From the IMG/VR virus record IMGVR_UViG_3300049740_000832: 64,000 bases of DNA, one strand, 5' to 3'. This DNA is from a virus. The first letter of the stretch is position 1; each line of letters starts with the position of its first letter. The notes below the pieces were generated by a model. The model worked only from the letters and a program-made list of their open reading frames with translations. It made no database searches and was not told the DNA's origin. Both the position numbers and the translations under genes were made by a program. Below, in pieces: positions 54,091-64,000 of this stretch.

Positions 54091-55917
54091 ATGGGAACAA
54101 CAATCAAATCAACCTCACTAGACTTTGATGCAATCAAAAATAATCTAAAAACCTTTCTTGAACAAGGGGGGGAGTTTGATGATTACAATTTTGAAGCATC
54201 TGGATTATCAAGCATCCTTGATGTGCTTGCATATAATACTCATTACAATGGTCTCATCGCAAACTTTGCTTTGAATGAATCATTTCTTGGGACGGCACAA
54301 CTTCGTGGGTCAGTTATTTCTCTCGCAGAGGGTATTGGATATATTCCTGATTCAAAAACTACATCCAAAGCAGTAGTAAATCTTTCTATGAATCTGTCAG
54401 GATTGGCAACCAGACCAAACAAAATTAGTATCAATGATGGATTTAAGTTCAATGCAACCGTTGATGAAGTTGAATATGTATTTCAAACATTGGAAGATAT
54501 CTCTGCAACTGATGATGGTAACGGTCTTTATCTCTTTACAAACGTTGACGGTTCACAAAATATCACAATCCATGAAGGTATTGCTAGAACAAAGACTTTC
54601 CTTGCGTTGGATGCAACCGAAAATGCAAACTATATTATACCAGATGAGTCATTAGACTTAGACACAGTTGTTGTTCGTGTATATGAAACTTCTACTTCAT
54701 CTAATTTTCAAACATATACTAATATAGTTGATGCTGTAAATATAAATGAAAACTCGACACTCTTCATATTAAAAGAAGCGCCTAATGGTCTCTTTGAACT
54801 TTCTTTTGGTAATGGTAAAACATTGGGTCGTGCGCCAGCGGCTGGTAATAAAGTTACAGTTGACTATCTTGCAGTATCAGGTAGTGATGCTGATACGTCT
54901 TCAACATTTGCTCCGCAAAGTAAAGTTACGGTAGAAGGTCAACAATTTAATATAAATGTGACAACGGTCACAAAGGCAGTTGGTGGCGGTAGTAAAGAAT
55001 CAATTGAGTCAATCCGTAAGAATGCACCATTCCAATACGCATCACAAAATCGCATGGTAACCGCAGTAGATTATTCTACGTTGGCCTTGAGAAATTTCTC
55101 TACACTCATCAAAGATATTAAATCTTTTGGTGGTGAAGACGCACTAGAACCAGAATTCGGAACGGTCTTTATGTCGGTTCTATTCAATGATGATGTAGAT
55201 GCGACAACAATACAATCAACAAAGGATGCAATTCAAGACCTTGCGAAACAATTGTCGGTTGCATCATTTAGTTTGAAGTTTGATGACCCCGTAAAGACAT
55301 TCATTGAGACGAGGATATTCTTCCAGTTCAATCCGAACTTGACTACACTATCTCGTAATACAATTCAAGATAATGTCAATACAGTTATTGGAAACTATTT
55401 TGCGGCAAATACTGGCAAATTCAGTCAATCGTTTAGACGTTCAAATCTCTTAACATTAGTGGATGATATAAGTCCGGCTATTCTCTCTTCTCGCTCAGAT
55501 GTTTTTTTCCAGAGAAGGTTCACTCCTACTTTGAATACTTTACAAGACCATAAATTAAGATATGCAGCAATCATCGCTGACCCTGATGACAAAGAACATA
55601 TAATCACATCTTCTGCGTTTACGCTCAATAATAAAACCTGTATCTTACGCAATAAACTAGATTCATCAAAACTTGAAGTATTTAACACTATTGATAGAGA
55701 GGTTCTAGTTGACAATATTGGAAATTACAGTGATGACACTATAAGTATTGTCGGTCTCAAAGTTGATGATTTTGTTGGTGCAAATCAATTTATCAAAGTA
55801 AGTGCAAAACCCGCAAACCAAAGTGCGATTACTCCATTCAGACAAGATATTATTGAATTTGATACTGATGAATCATTCTCTCGTATTGTAGATGTTGAGC
55901 CTGGAGTTACAAACTAA
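54091..55917 (+). CDS. 6: baseplate wedge protein gp6
   Basis: LDFDAIKNNL, DYNFEASGLS.ILDVLAYNTHY, NESFL, FGNG..G..P, QNRMVTA.DY. Confidence 0.95.
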   Translation: MGTTIKSTSLDFDAIKNNLKTFLEQGGEFDDYNFEASGLSSILDVLAYNTHYNGLIANFALNESFLGTAQLRGSVISLAEGIGYIPDSKTTSKAVVNLSMNLSGLATRPNKISINDGFKFNATVDEVEYVFQTLEDISATDDGNGLYLFTNVDGSQNITIHEGIARTKTFLALDATENANYIIPDESLDLDTVVVRVYETSTSSNFQTYTNIVDAVNINENSTLFILKEAPNGLFELSFGNGKTLGRAPAAGNKVTVDYLAVSGSDADTSSTFAPQSKVTVEGQQFNINVTTVTKAVGGGSKESIESIRKNAPFQYASQNRMVTAVDYSTLALRNFSTLIKDIKSFGGEDALEPEFGTVFMSVLFNDDVDATTIQSTKDAIQDLAKQLSVASFSLKFDDPVKTFIETRIFFQFNPNLTTLSRNTIQDNVNTVIGNYFAANTGKFSQSFRRSNLLTLVDDISPAILSSRSDVFFQRRFTPTLNTLQDHKLRYAAIIADPDDKEHIITSSAFTLNNKTCILRNKLDSSKLEVFNTIDREVLVDNIGNYSDDTISIVGLKVDDFVGANQFIKVSAKPANQSAITPFRQDIIEFDTDESFSRIVDVEPGVTN

Positions 55918-56915
55918 TGGGTAAACAAAACGATACTTTAAGAGATTTAGGTAGAAGAGAGCTTGTTTTTTCTGATAACAAGATTACTCAAGTTCTACCT
56001 GAATTCTTCAAGACAGAGTATCCAAAACTCATTACACTTCTTGAACAGTATTATAATTTTGAAGATGATGATAACGCACCTTCTCGTCTTGCAGATGACC
56101 TGTTTTACTCTCGTGATATTACACAGACTGATTTAGACCTTCTTTCATATATTGAAGATGAACTCCTATTGGGTCAATCATACTTTGAAGGGTTTACTGA
56201 TAAACGTGCTGCTGCAAAATATTCTAACACTCTGTATCGTTCAAAGGGAACAAAATATTCTATTCAACAGTTCTTCCGAACTTTCTTTGGTGTTGACCCA
56301 GATATTATTTACACAAAAGAGAACGTATTCAAGGTAGGAGAAACTGACTCTCAAATTGGATTGGAATCACAGAAGTTCTTGACAGATAATAAATTGTTTC
56401 AGACATTTGCGATTCAGGTAAAGTCTGACATCTCATTTAACGAGTGGAGAGAACCATATAAATTATTCGTTCACCCTGCGGGTATGTTCATTGGTTCGGA
56501 GGTGCAGATTGTATCGAGTGTTACTGATGAATTGACTGCTCCTCTTGTTGTGCCTTCTGAAGCACCACCTATTGTGGTCGAGGCAACAGGATTATTTGGC
56601 GATACAGGAGTAACAGATTTGACCTCTATTGTGGATGACCTAAATACAGATTCAGCAGGCGTATTCAGTCGCATCAATGCAGAATTGACAAATATGGAAG
56701 GGTTTGATTTACAAACTATCCAAACTATCAATAATCAATATTCATCGTTGCGTGAAGCGCAAATTGCATCTTCACCAACATTTGACGATTCAGATGAAGT
56801 TGGAACAAACGGTATGGACTTGTCAAACAACTTGTTCTTCGAGACTTTAGACCAAGACAAACACCAACATTTCAGTGCTGACTCTGACCAATACTTAAAA
56901 AGTTTCACTCTTTAA
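55917..56915 (+). CDS. baseplate wedge protein gp7-like (short form)
   Basis: VLPEFF..EYP, LYRSKGT..SI..FFR.FF, LFVHPAGM. Confidence 0.75.
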   Translation: MGKQNDTLRDLGRRELVFSDNKITQVLPEFFKTEYPKLITLLEQYYNFEDDDNAPSRLADDLFYSRDITQTDLDLLSYIEDELLLGQSYFEGFTDKRAAAKYSNTLYRSKGTKYSIQQFFRTFFGVDPDIIYTKENVFKVGETDSQIGLESQKFLTDNKLFQTFAIQVKSDISFNEWREPYKLFVHPAGMFIGSEVQIVSSVTDELTAPLVVPSEAPPIVVEATGLFGDTGVTDLTSIVDDLNTDSAGVFSRINAELTNMEGFDLQTIQTINNQYSSLREAQIASSPTFDDSDEVGTNGMDLSNNLFFETLDQDKHQHFSADSDQYLKSFTL

Positions 56916-56926
56916 CCGATAAACCT

Positions 56927-56934
56927 TATAAATA
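56927..56934 (+). promoter_or_regulatory. T4-type late promoter
   Basis: TATAAATA. Confidence 0.75.
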
Positions 56935-56956
56935 GTTAAAACAAACGGACTATAAA

Positions 56957-57988
56957 ATGGCAAGACAAACATTAAACAGAGGCACTACAGCAAATGACGG
57001 AACGGGTGATACCCTCCGCACCGCTGCCCAAAAGATTAATGAGAACTTTACTGAACTCTACCAGAGTATCGGTGGTGATTCTGCAGCTGCAATCGTAAGT
57101 CTATCAAATGTGGGTGTGGTCTTTGAAGGTCAGGTTGCAGACAGTAACGAAACATATATGGTTGCGGTAGAACCTACCGCTGATAATTATGTGTATGTTC
57201 CTAATGATGGCGGGACACTTATTCTTGACTCTTGCGCTCAGACTTTGACTAACAAAACTATTTTAAGTCCTTCGTTGACTACTCCTTCTATTAAAGATAA
57301 TGACTCTAGTCATAGTTACAATGTTGTGGTTGGTAATTTATCTGCAAATCGTAATATCACTATTCCGTCACTGTCAACAAACGACACATTCGTGTTTGCA
57401 GATGCAACTCAGACTCTTAGTAATAAAACAATTAATGGGTTAAATGTTAACAATCCAGTAGTTGGTGGTATAGATGGCGGTTCAAAATTCTTTGATAGTT
57501 CAGATAACGAGTATTTACAATTCAACAAAACTTCAAGTGCAGTCAATTTCATAACACTGACAAACTCTGCAACTACTACTGGCCCAACTATCGATGTCGA
57601 TGGTGATGATACTAATGTTAGTCTCAATTTAAGTGCAAAGGGAACTGGTGGTATCACGTTTACAAATAAGATTGTATTTGAAAAAGGAACTGATGTAGCA
57701 TCCACCACTGCGGTCAACTTAAATCAACCCCTAACAGTGTTTAACTCTGGTAGTTTTATCAACCCTACTCTTGGTGATGGAACGATTCAGGCAGAGTCTA
57801 AATACTTCAGTAATATTGGGGCGGGTGAAGTTCATCTCACGCCAGCGGGCGGCGCATCAAACATTCAGGGTGTAGATTCTGCTGCTGGGTTTATTAAGTT
57901 TACTATAGGACAGGGGTGTCAACTAATATGGAATACAACAGCAAGTAAATGGTTTATTGTTGGAAACAACGGGACAACAACAGCGTAA
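56957..57988 (+). CDS. baseplate/fibre protein with gp9/gp10-type N-terminus
   Basis: G..ANDGTGDTLR....KINENFTELY; QTLTNKTI/QTLSNKTI fibre repeats. Confidence 0.75.
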   Translation: MARQTLNRGTTANDGTGDTLRTAAQKINENFTELYQSIGGDSAAAIVSLSNVGVVFEGQVADSNETYMVAVEPTADNYVYVPNDGGTLILDSCAQTLTNKTILSPSLTTPSIKDNDSSHSYNVVVGNLSANRNITIPSLSTNDTFVFADATQTLSNKTINGLNVNNPVVGGIDGGSKFFDSSDNEYLQFNKTSSAVNFITLTNSATTTGPTIDVDGDDTNVSLNLSAKGTGGITFTNKIVFEKGTDVASTTAVNLNQPLTVFNSGSFINPTLGDGTIQAESKYFSNIGAGEVHLTPAGGASNIQGVDSAAGFIKFTIGQGCQLIWNTTASKWFIVGNNGTTTA

Positions 57989-58003
57989 GCGTAGGATAAT
58001 AAA

Positions 58004-59362
58004 ATGGCGATTGTAACAAACAGAATTAAAAAACAAGTTATAACAGATTTGTTGACAGATTTTGCTGATTCTTCTAGTAGATATTATGCAGCTATTGGTC
58101 GTTCAGAAGATTGGAATGACTCTGATGTTGCGCCCACTGCTCTTAACAATCTGGTAGAAGATAGAAACTTCCGTCTTGGACTCCAATCGGTAAAAAATAT
58201 TATTGATACTTCCTTTGTTGTTCCTCGTTTCAACTGGTCATCTGGTGCAATTTATTCTCCATATGATGATATCCAAGTAGGATATCCTACTCAAACATAC
58301 TACGTTATGAATGACAATAACCAAGTTTATCTGTGTATTCAACAATCAAAAGATGTCTCTGGTAATGCACAGGTTTCTACAGTTCAACCGACAGGTGGCA
58401 CAGATGGAACGCCATTCGATACCGCTGATGGTTACATTTGGAAGTTCCTATATTCTATTGGTGCATTGGATGCTAACAAATTTATTTCTGCCAACTTCCT
58501 TCCCGTCAAATTAATTGGAACAACTGACTCAGATTCTCCTTCTGCTGACATTGAACAAAAGACAGTTCAAAATAACGCAATAGTTGGTCAGATTATTGGA
58601 TATGCAATTGACTCTGGTGGCGCTGGATACTCTGGTAACCCAACCATCGAAGTGAATGGAAATGGCACAAAAGCAAAAGCAGGCGCAACAGAGAATGGTG
58701 GTCAGGTAACTAAGGTAGAACTAATTGATAGTTCTGGTAATTATACATTTGGTTCAGGTTATGACTATGCAACAGTATCCGTTACGGGCGGTGGTTCACC
58801 AACCAAACCCGCAAAAATACGACCAATTCTAGCAACACCTCTTGGACTTGGTGGTGACGCTCGAGATGACCTTCGCTCCACCGCAGTCATGTTTAACAGT
58901 AAACCTAGTGGAACTGAAACTGGAGACTTCATTGTCGGTAACGATTTCCGTCAAGTAGGTCTTATCAGAAATATTCAAGATAGTTCTGGGTCTACCTTAT
59001 TTACTGGGTCAACAGGTATTGCGTTAAAACAATTAAGACTTTCAAGTGTGAACACAGGATTTACCGCAGACAATACTATTCAGGGTTCAACATCTAATGT
59101 CAAGGCACTTATTGATAAAGTCGATTCTGCGAATATTTGGTATCACCAAACAGCGGAGACAGGATTTGGTAACTTTGATTCAGGTGAAAACATCACTGAA
59201 ACCGATGGTAATGGTGCAGGCGTATTGAATGCTTCTTTTGCTCCATACATAAATCCTGAAGTAGATATTCTAACGGGTGATGTTCTATATATTGATAATC
59301 GCGCATCAGTTACTCGCGCAACTGACCAAACAGAAGATATAAAAATCGTAATTCAAATTTAA
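58004..59362 (+). CDS. 8: baseplate wedge protein gp8
   Basis: VVPR.NW..G..Y, YYVMN...VYLC, DGYIWKFLY, FRQVGLI.N, GDVLYIDNR..VTR..DQTEDIKIVI. Confidence 0.9.
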   Translation: MAIVTNRIKKQVITDLLTDFADSSSRYYAAIGRSEDWNDSDVAPTALNNLVEDRNFRLGLQSVKNIIDTSFVVPRFNWSSGAIYSPYDDIQVGYPTQTYYVMNDNNQVYLCIQQSKDVSGNAQVSTVQPTGGTDGTPFDTADGYIWKFLYSIGALDANKFISANFLPVKLIGTTDSDSPSADIEQKTVQNNAIVGQIIGYAIDSGGAGYSGNPTIEVNGNGTKAKAGATENGGQVTKVELIDSSGNYTFGSGYDYATVSVTGGGSPTKPAKIRPILATPLGLGGDARDDLRSTAVMFNSKPSGTETGDFIVGNDFRQVGLIRNIQDSSGSTLFTGSTGIALKQLRLSSVNTGFTADNTIQGSTSNVKALIDKVDSANIWYHQTAETGFGNFDSGENITETDGNGAGVLNASFAPYINPEVDILTGDVLYIDNRASVTRATDQTEDIKIVIQI

Positions 59363-59372
59363 GGTAATACCG

Positions 59373-62300
59373 ATGCCAAGAACGTTTACAGAAAATGTAT
59401 TTTCATCCACATACAAGGATGATTTTAAGGATAGTGATAACTATCACCGTATCCTGTTTAATAGTGGTCGGGCGCTACAAGCGAGAGAACTTACTCAATC
59501 ACAAACAATTATTCAGGAAGAGATTGGTAGATTTGGTCGCAACATCTTTAAGGATGGTGCATCGGTAAATCCTGGCGGCCCTACAATTAATACGAACTAT
59601 GAGTTTGTAAAACTAAACACAAACACTAATGCATTACCAGCTGGCGCAAATGCGCTTGAAGCAAATGGTGGTTTGATTGGTGTAGAATTTACTGGTGCCA
59701 ATTCTAATGTTGTCGCACGAGTTCTTGAGGTTGTCGAGGCAGAGGGTTCTGACCCTGCAACACTTTATGTTCAGTATGTTAATACTTCTGGTGGTGAAGT
59801 TGGAGAAAACCCAGTTCGTTATAAGTCAGGTGAAACTATATCAGGCGGCGGTGAGACTCTAACTGTTCAGTCAACCAACACCGCATCAAACCCCGCTATT
59901 GGTCGCGGTTGTCAAATTTCTAATTCATCTGGTGACTTTTTTGTTCGTGGTCATTTTGTATTTGCAAAAGAACAAAGTTTAATTCTATCGAAATACTCGC
60001 GACTACCTTCAAAAGTTATTGGTTTCAAAGTAACAGAAGATATTGTTACAACCAGTGATACAAATGAGTTGTTTGATAATCAAGGTGCTACACCAAACTT
60101 ATCTTCGCCGGGCGCAGACCGATATCGTATTCAACTTACTTTAACAACAAAAGACCAAGTTGCAAGTGATGAAAACTTTGTTTACTATTGTGATGTAGTC
60201 GATGGTAATATCGTTGACCAAGTAAGCGGAACAGATGATTACAATAAAATTACCGAAGTATTAGCGCAAAGAACGGCCGAAGAATCGGGTAATTATATCG
60301 TGTCCCCATTTACTATTGATTTTGCTGACGATGCGACAAACAATACAAACTTCATTGCAAGTGTATCTTCGGGTGTTGCATATCTTAATGGATATCGCGT
60401 TGGTTCTGAAAAACCTACGAAGTTAACTATACCAAAACCTCGGGCAGAAGTTGAACGCACAAATGAGGTTGTTGGTGTTAACTATGGTCAGTATTTTATA
60501 TGTGATGTATTGGAAGGTAATCTCAATATAAACCAATTCCAAACTGTTGGACTTAAAGATGCAACAGGGTTTGGCGGCAACGGGCTCGGCACTGCAAGAG
60601 TTAGATATGTAGAAGAAGATGGGTCAAACTTCAAGATATACCTTTTTGATATTAACTTATTATTAGGTAAAGTTTTGCGTGATGTTAAATCATTCGGAAC
60701 AGGCACAGCTGATTTTGCACAACCACTTTTGGAAAATGGTAAGGCAGTAATCAAGGAATCGAATAAAGTAAATCTTGTATTCCCTACACCAGACCCTCGT
60801 CCTAAAAGTATTACTGATGTAGACTTTGAAGTTCAACGTGTGTTCACTGGAACTTCTGACGATGGAACAATTGTTCATTCAAGTAGTATACCAACTAATA
60901 ATGCTAGTGGAACTGTTCAACTTACATTGTCTGCTACAGGTGAGACATTTGCTAATACGGGTCAATTCATTGCGACTGTTGACTCTAGTGGTGATGTCGT
61001 TTCGTCTCTAACCATTGGTGCTGCGGGAACTCAAAGCGTTAACGTTAGTGGTTTACCAATTGGTTCAGCTGTTACAGTTTATGCAAAAGTTAATAAAGCA
61101 CAACCATCAGTTCGGACAAAGACGTTGGTTGAAACCACAAAAACTTTTACTGGTATATCCGAAGATAGTAACGGAAGTAAATATATCGACCTTCATGAAA
61201 ATGATATCTTTGAAATTGTTTCAATTAAAGATACAGATTCAAATGGCGCAGACCAATCAAGTAAATACTATCTTGATAATGGTCAGAGAGCAGGGTTTTA
61301 TAATAATGGTCGTTTGATTCTTAATGGTGGTGCAACTGCACCCGGCGGTTCTGATAATACCTTCATAAGATTCAAACACTTTACCCACGGTGCAGGCGAC
61401 TTCTTCTCCGTGAACTCTTACACTGGTCAAGTTGATTATGAAGATATCCCATCCTTCGCAACAGGCCCACGGGAATCCGTAAACTTGCGTGATGTGATTG
61501 ACTTCCGTTCTTCGGTTGACTCTGATGGATTGTTTGTTGGTGGTGATGCTGCTGTCAATGAAATGCCTACCAATGGTGATATTTTTCAAGGGGATGTAAC
61601 ATATTATATGCCTCGTGCAGATAAGGTTGTGATTACCAAAGATGGAGAACTGAAAAATATTCAGGGTGAGAATGGATTTGGTTCACAAGTTCCAGATACT
61701 CCCGAAAACACTCTAGGTCTTTTTGAGTTAGAATTGAATGCATATGGTCTGCATGATTCGGATGTTGCAACAAATGTTCTTAGAGCAAAAAGATTCACAA
61801 TGGCCGATATTGGCAAACTAGAAAAACGTGTCGATAAACTTGAAGAAGTTACCTCGTTGTCATTACTTGAAGTCGGCACTGATGCTCTGTTGGTCTTAGA
61901 CTCTGCGGGTAATCCAAGAACTAAGTCTGGTTTCTTTGTTGATAACTTCGCTGACAGAACTTTCTCAGACGTTCAAAGTCCAGAGTATCGTGCGGGTATT
62001 GACCCATCAACAGAAACTTTATCACCTCAAAAGACTGAGAAAAATGTTACACTACGATATGACTCTGCTGCATCATCGAATACTATTCTGAAGGGTGATA
62101 CTGTATATCTGAAATATCAAGATGTAGAAGCAATTACACAAACACAGGTATCAGGAACAGAGAATGTAAACCCATTTGCTGTTATTACAGGTGAAGGCGA
62201 ACTTACACTTTCTCCTGCTTCTGATGAATGGATTGACACAGAATATCGTCCCGCAAATGTAATTAACAAAACTGCAACAGAAACTTTGGCAGCAGTTAAT

Positions 62301-64000
62301 GAGGGTAATCTTGCGGTAGGAACTGCTGCAAGCAGAGGTCTCATTGCATTTTGGTGGGGTCGTGCATTCTGGATACCACTTCTTGGATTCGGTCTCATTC
62401 CTAATGCTGGTATTTGGAATGGATGGAACGGAGTTGCTAACTGGAATAGAAACGGTGTAGTTCAAGGTTCTGTTGTAAGAAGAGGTCGAAATATTGTTAG
62501 AAGTTTCTCACAACGTATCGTTGTGGGCGAAAGGACTGTAAGGAAAGAAATTGGTGACCGCACAGTTTCGCTAACATTCTTACCTTTCATTCGTGCTCGT
62601 AAAATATTCTTCCACGCAGAAGGTCTCCGTCCAAATACGCAATACTTTGCATTCTTTGATGGAACACCTGTTGCAGACTATGTTCGCACTGAAACATCAT
62701 TCGAAAGATTTGCATCTTCAACTAATGGTGGTTGGAAATATGGTGACCGACATAAGTTAGCAGCAGAACACCCTGAAGGTAAATCAACTCTCACATCTGA
62801 CTTGAATGGTGCTATTCGAGGTTCTTTCTTCATCCCAGCTCGTGAGGATTTGAGATTTAAGGCAGGCGAAAGAGAATTCAAACTTCTTGATATTAGTGTA
62901 AATAATGATGCAAATGCATTATCAATTGCATCTGCAATTTATACTGCACAAGGAACATTGGATACAAGACAGAAGACTATTACATCTACTCGTATCACAA
63001 CGGTAAGAACTCGTAGATGGACAGAAACTCAACGTGTTCGTGGACGCGACCCTCTCGCACAATCCTTCCGTGTGACAGAACCAGATGGTATATTCGTAAC
63101 CAAAGTTCAAACTTATTTTAAGAGTAAGGATGATGTTATCCCTATTCGTTTGGAAATCCGTCCAATGGTAAACGGTCAACCATCTGCAACAGACATCATT
63201 GCAAATGCGGTGAAGTTTCTGACGCCAAGTTCAGAAGTGAGTCTCCCTGCATCACAGACACAGGCAGCGGTTGTTGCTGCACCTACAACGTTCACATTCG
63301 ATGAACCAGTCTTCTTGAATCCAGATACGGAATATGCAATTGTTCTGTTGGCAGAGTCAACAAAATATGAAGCGTATGTTGGAGAGACCTATGCATTTGA
63401 ATTAGGTTCAACTGAAAATCGTATCTCTCGTCAACCTTCTATGGGTTCATTGTTCAAATCACAAAACGGAACGACATGGGAGCCTGACCAGACTAAAGAC
63501 CTTGCATTCAAAATCTTTAAGGCAGATTTCTCTACTGCTGGTGGTTTTGCTGTATTTGAAAATGTCGATATGCCTAAACAACTTCTTAAAGAAAATCCAT
63601 TCCATGTTGAGAACGGTGATGCAACTGTTACTGCAATGATTGATGGACATGGTTTCCAAGTTGGTGACGATATTCATATCGAAGGTATTGATAGTGCAGA
63701 TACAGTTAATGGTATCACTGGTGCAAATATTGTTGCCACAAGAGCTATTACTCACGCCGATGGTTATGGTATTAAATTTGAAGCAGGCGCTAATGCAACC
63801 TCATCAGGTCGTTTCGGTGGCACCAATGTTGCCGTTGACCAACAGATACAGTTTGATGAAGTTATTCCGATGTTCACTACACTGACCCCAGACAATACAA
63901 ATCTGACATATAGTGCAAAGTTTACCACAGGTAAATCATGGGCGGGTTCAGAAACACGTTTCCAAAAAGATACAAGTTTTAATAGTGACATCGCAATACT
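59373..64000 (+). CDS. very large virion structural protein (DUF4815/VrlC-like), partial; runs off the window end
   Basis: YKDDF...YHRILFN.GRALQARELTQ, PGADRYRI, YYMPR.DK, KRFTMADIGKLEKR, KSGFFVDNF, DPLAQSF, GSLFKSQNG.TW; same frame at 59373, 62283 and 63951; absent from track, consistent with no stop in the window. Confidence 0.88.
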   Translation, partial: MPRTFTENVFSSTYKDDFKDSDNYHRILFNSGRALQARELTQSQTIIQEEIGRFGRNIFKDGASVNPGGPTINTNYEFVKLNTNTNALPAGANALEANGGLIGVEFTGANSNVVARVLEVVEAEGSDPATLYVQYVNTSGGEVGENPVRYKSGETISGGGETLTVQSTNTASNPAIGRGCQISNSSGDFFVRGHFVFAKEQSLILSKYSRLPSKVIGFKVTEDIVTTSDTNELFDNQGATPNLSSPGADRYRIQLTLTTKDQVASDENFVYYCDVVDGNIVDQVSGTDDYNKITEVLAQRTAEESGNYIVSPFTIDFADDATNNTNFIASVSSGVAYLNGYRVGSEKPTKLTIPKPRAEVERTNEVVGVNYGQYFICDVLEGNLNINQFQTVGLKDATGFGGNGLGTARVRYVEEDGSNFKIYLFDINLLLGKVLRDVKSFGTGTADFAQPLLENGKAVIKESNKVNLVFPTPDPRPKSITDVDFEVQRVFTGTSDDGTIVHSSSIPTNNASGTVQLTLSATGETFANTGQFIATVDSSGDVVSSLTIGAAGTQSVNVSGLPIGSAVTVYAKVNKAQPSVRTKTLVETTKTFTGISEDSNGSKYIDLHENDIFEIVSIKDTDSNGADQSSKYYLDNGQRAGFYNNGRLILNGGATAPGGSDNTFIRFKHFTHGAGDFFSVNSYTGQVDYEDIPSFATGPRESVNLRDVIDFRSSVDSDGLFVGGDAAVNEMPTNGDIFQGDVTYYMPRADKVVITKDGELKNIQGENGFGSQVPDTPENTLGLFELELNAYGLHDSDVATNVLRAKRFTMADIGKLEKRVDKLEEVTSLSLLEVGTDALLVLDSAGNPRTKSGFFVDNFADRTFSDVQSPEYRAGIDPSTETLSPQKTEKNVTLRYDSAASSNTILKGDTVYLKYQDVEAITQTQVSGTENVNPFAVITGEGELTLSPASDEWIDTEYRPANVINKTATETLAAVNEGNLAVGTAASRGLIAFWWGRAFWIPLLGFGLIPNAGIWNGWNGVANWNRNGVVQGSVVRRGRNIVRSFSQRIVVGERTVRKEIGDRTVSLTFLPFIRARKIFFHAEGLRPNTQYFAFFDGTPVADYVRTETSFERFASSTNGGWKYGDRHKLAAEHPEGKSTLTSDLNGAIRGSFFIPAREDLRFKAGEREFKLLDISVNNDANALSIASAIYTAQGTLDTRQKTITSTRITTVRTRRWTETQRVRGRDPLAQSFRVTEPDGIFVTKVQTYFKSKDDVIPIRLEIRPMVNGQPSATDIIANAVKFLTPSSEVSLPASQTQAAVVAAPTTFTFDEPVFLNPDTEYAIVLLAESTKYEAYVGETYAFELGSTENRISRQPSMGSLFKSQNGTTWEPDQTKDLAFKIFKADFSTAGGFAVFENVDMPKQLLKENPFHVENGDATVTAMIDGHGFQVGDDIHIEGIDSADTVNGITGANIVATRAITHADGYGIKFEAGANATSSGRFGGTNVAVDQQIQFDEVIPMFTTLTPDNTNLTYSAKFTTGKSWAGSETRFQKDTSFNSDIAI

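Noticed and set aside
1-64000. CRISPR array, integrase, transposase, intein, rRNA
   Set aside because: No regularly spaced repeats or diagnostic motifs were seen by eye; intergenic gaps are too short.
1-64000. Stop-codon reassignment or selenocysteine recoding
   Set aside because: Core genes are full length in the standard code and TAA, TAG and TGA all serve as stops; the 12552 hairpin follows a TAA, not an in-frame TGA.
59363-64000. Apparent gene-poor region in the ORF track
   Set aside because: It is a single long plus-strand CDS from 59373 that has no stop inside the window.

Overview
This 64 kb window is part of a large T4-like myovirus genome. The gene set (phoH, cyanophage-style baseplate layout, DUF4815-type virion protein) points to an aquatic or marine phage of a Gram-negative host; the host cannot be determined from the sequence. 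Layout: (1) 1-5.3 kb, late head-associated and membrane genes including a phage-encoded outer-membrane beta-barrel. (2) 5.4-11 kb, nrdA carrying an internal glutaredoxin domain, nrdB, a GIY-YIG protein and two adenylate-forming-like paralogs. (3) 11-14 kb, early genes, a candidate small RNA, phoH and an M15 endolysin. (4) 14-32 kb, an ~18 kb island of glycosyltransferases, sulfotransferases, methyltransferases, a carbamoyltransferase, a radical SAM enzyme and a late-promoter diiron/amidotransferase/cupin sub-operon. (5) tRNA-Arg(TCT), a minus-strand late operon, an early-promoter module region, denV, gp33 and gp32. (6) 40-64 kb, tail/baseplate genes. Main findings: a likely programmed -1 frameshift joining the gp26-like chaperone to an unstarted gp51-like ORF just upstream of the tape-measure gene; a TOPRIM + deaminase cassette inserted at, and flanked by, the late promoter TATAAATA; the NrdA-Grx-CxxC architecture; the biosynthetic island; a candidate sRNA; and apparently leaderless late mRNAs. 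All family calls come from motif recognition by eye; no database searches were run.
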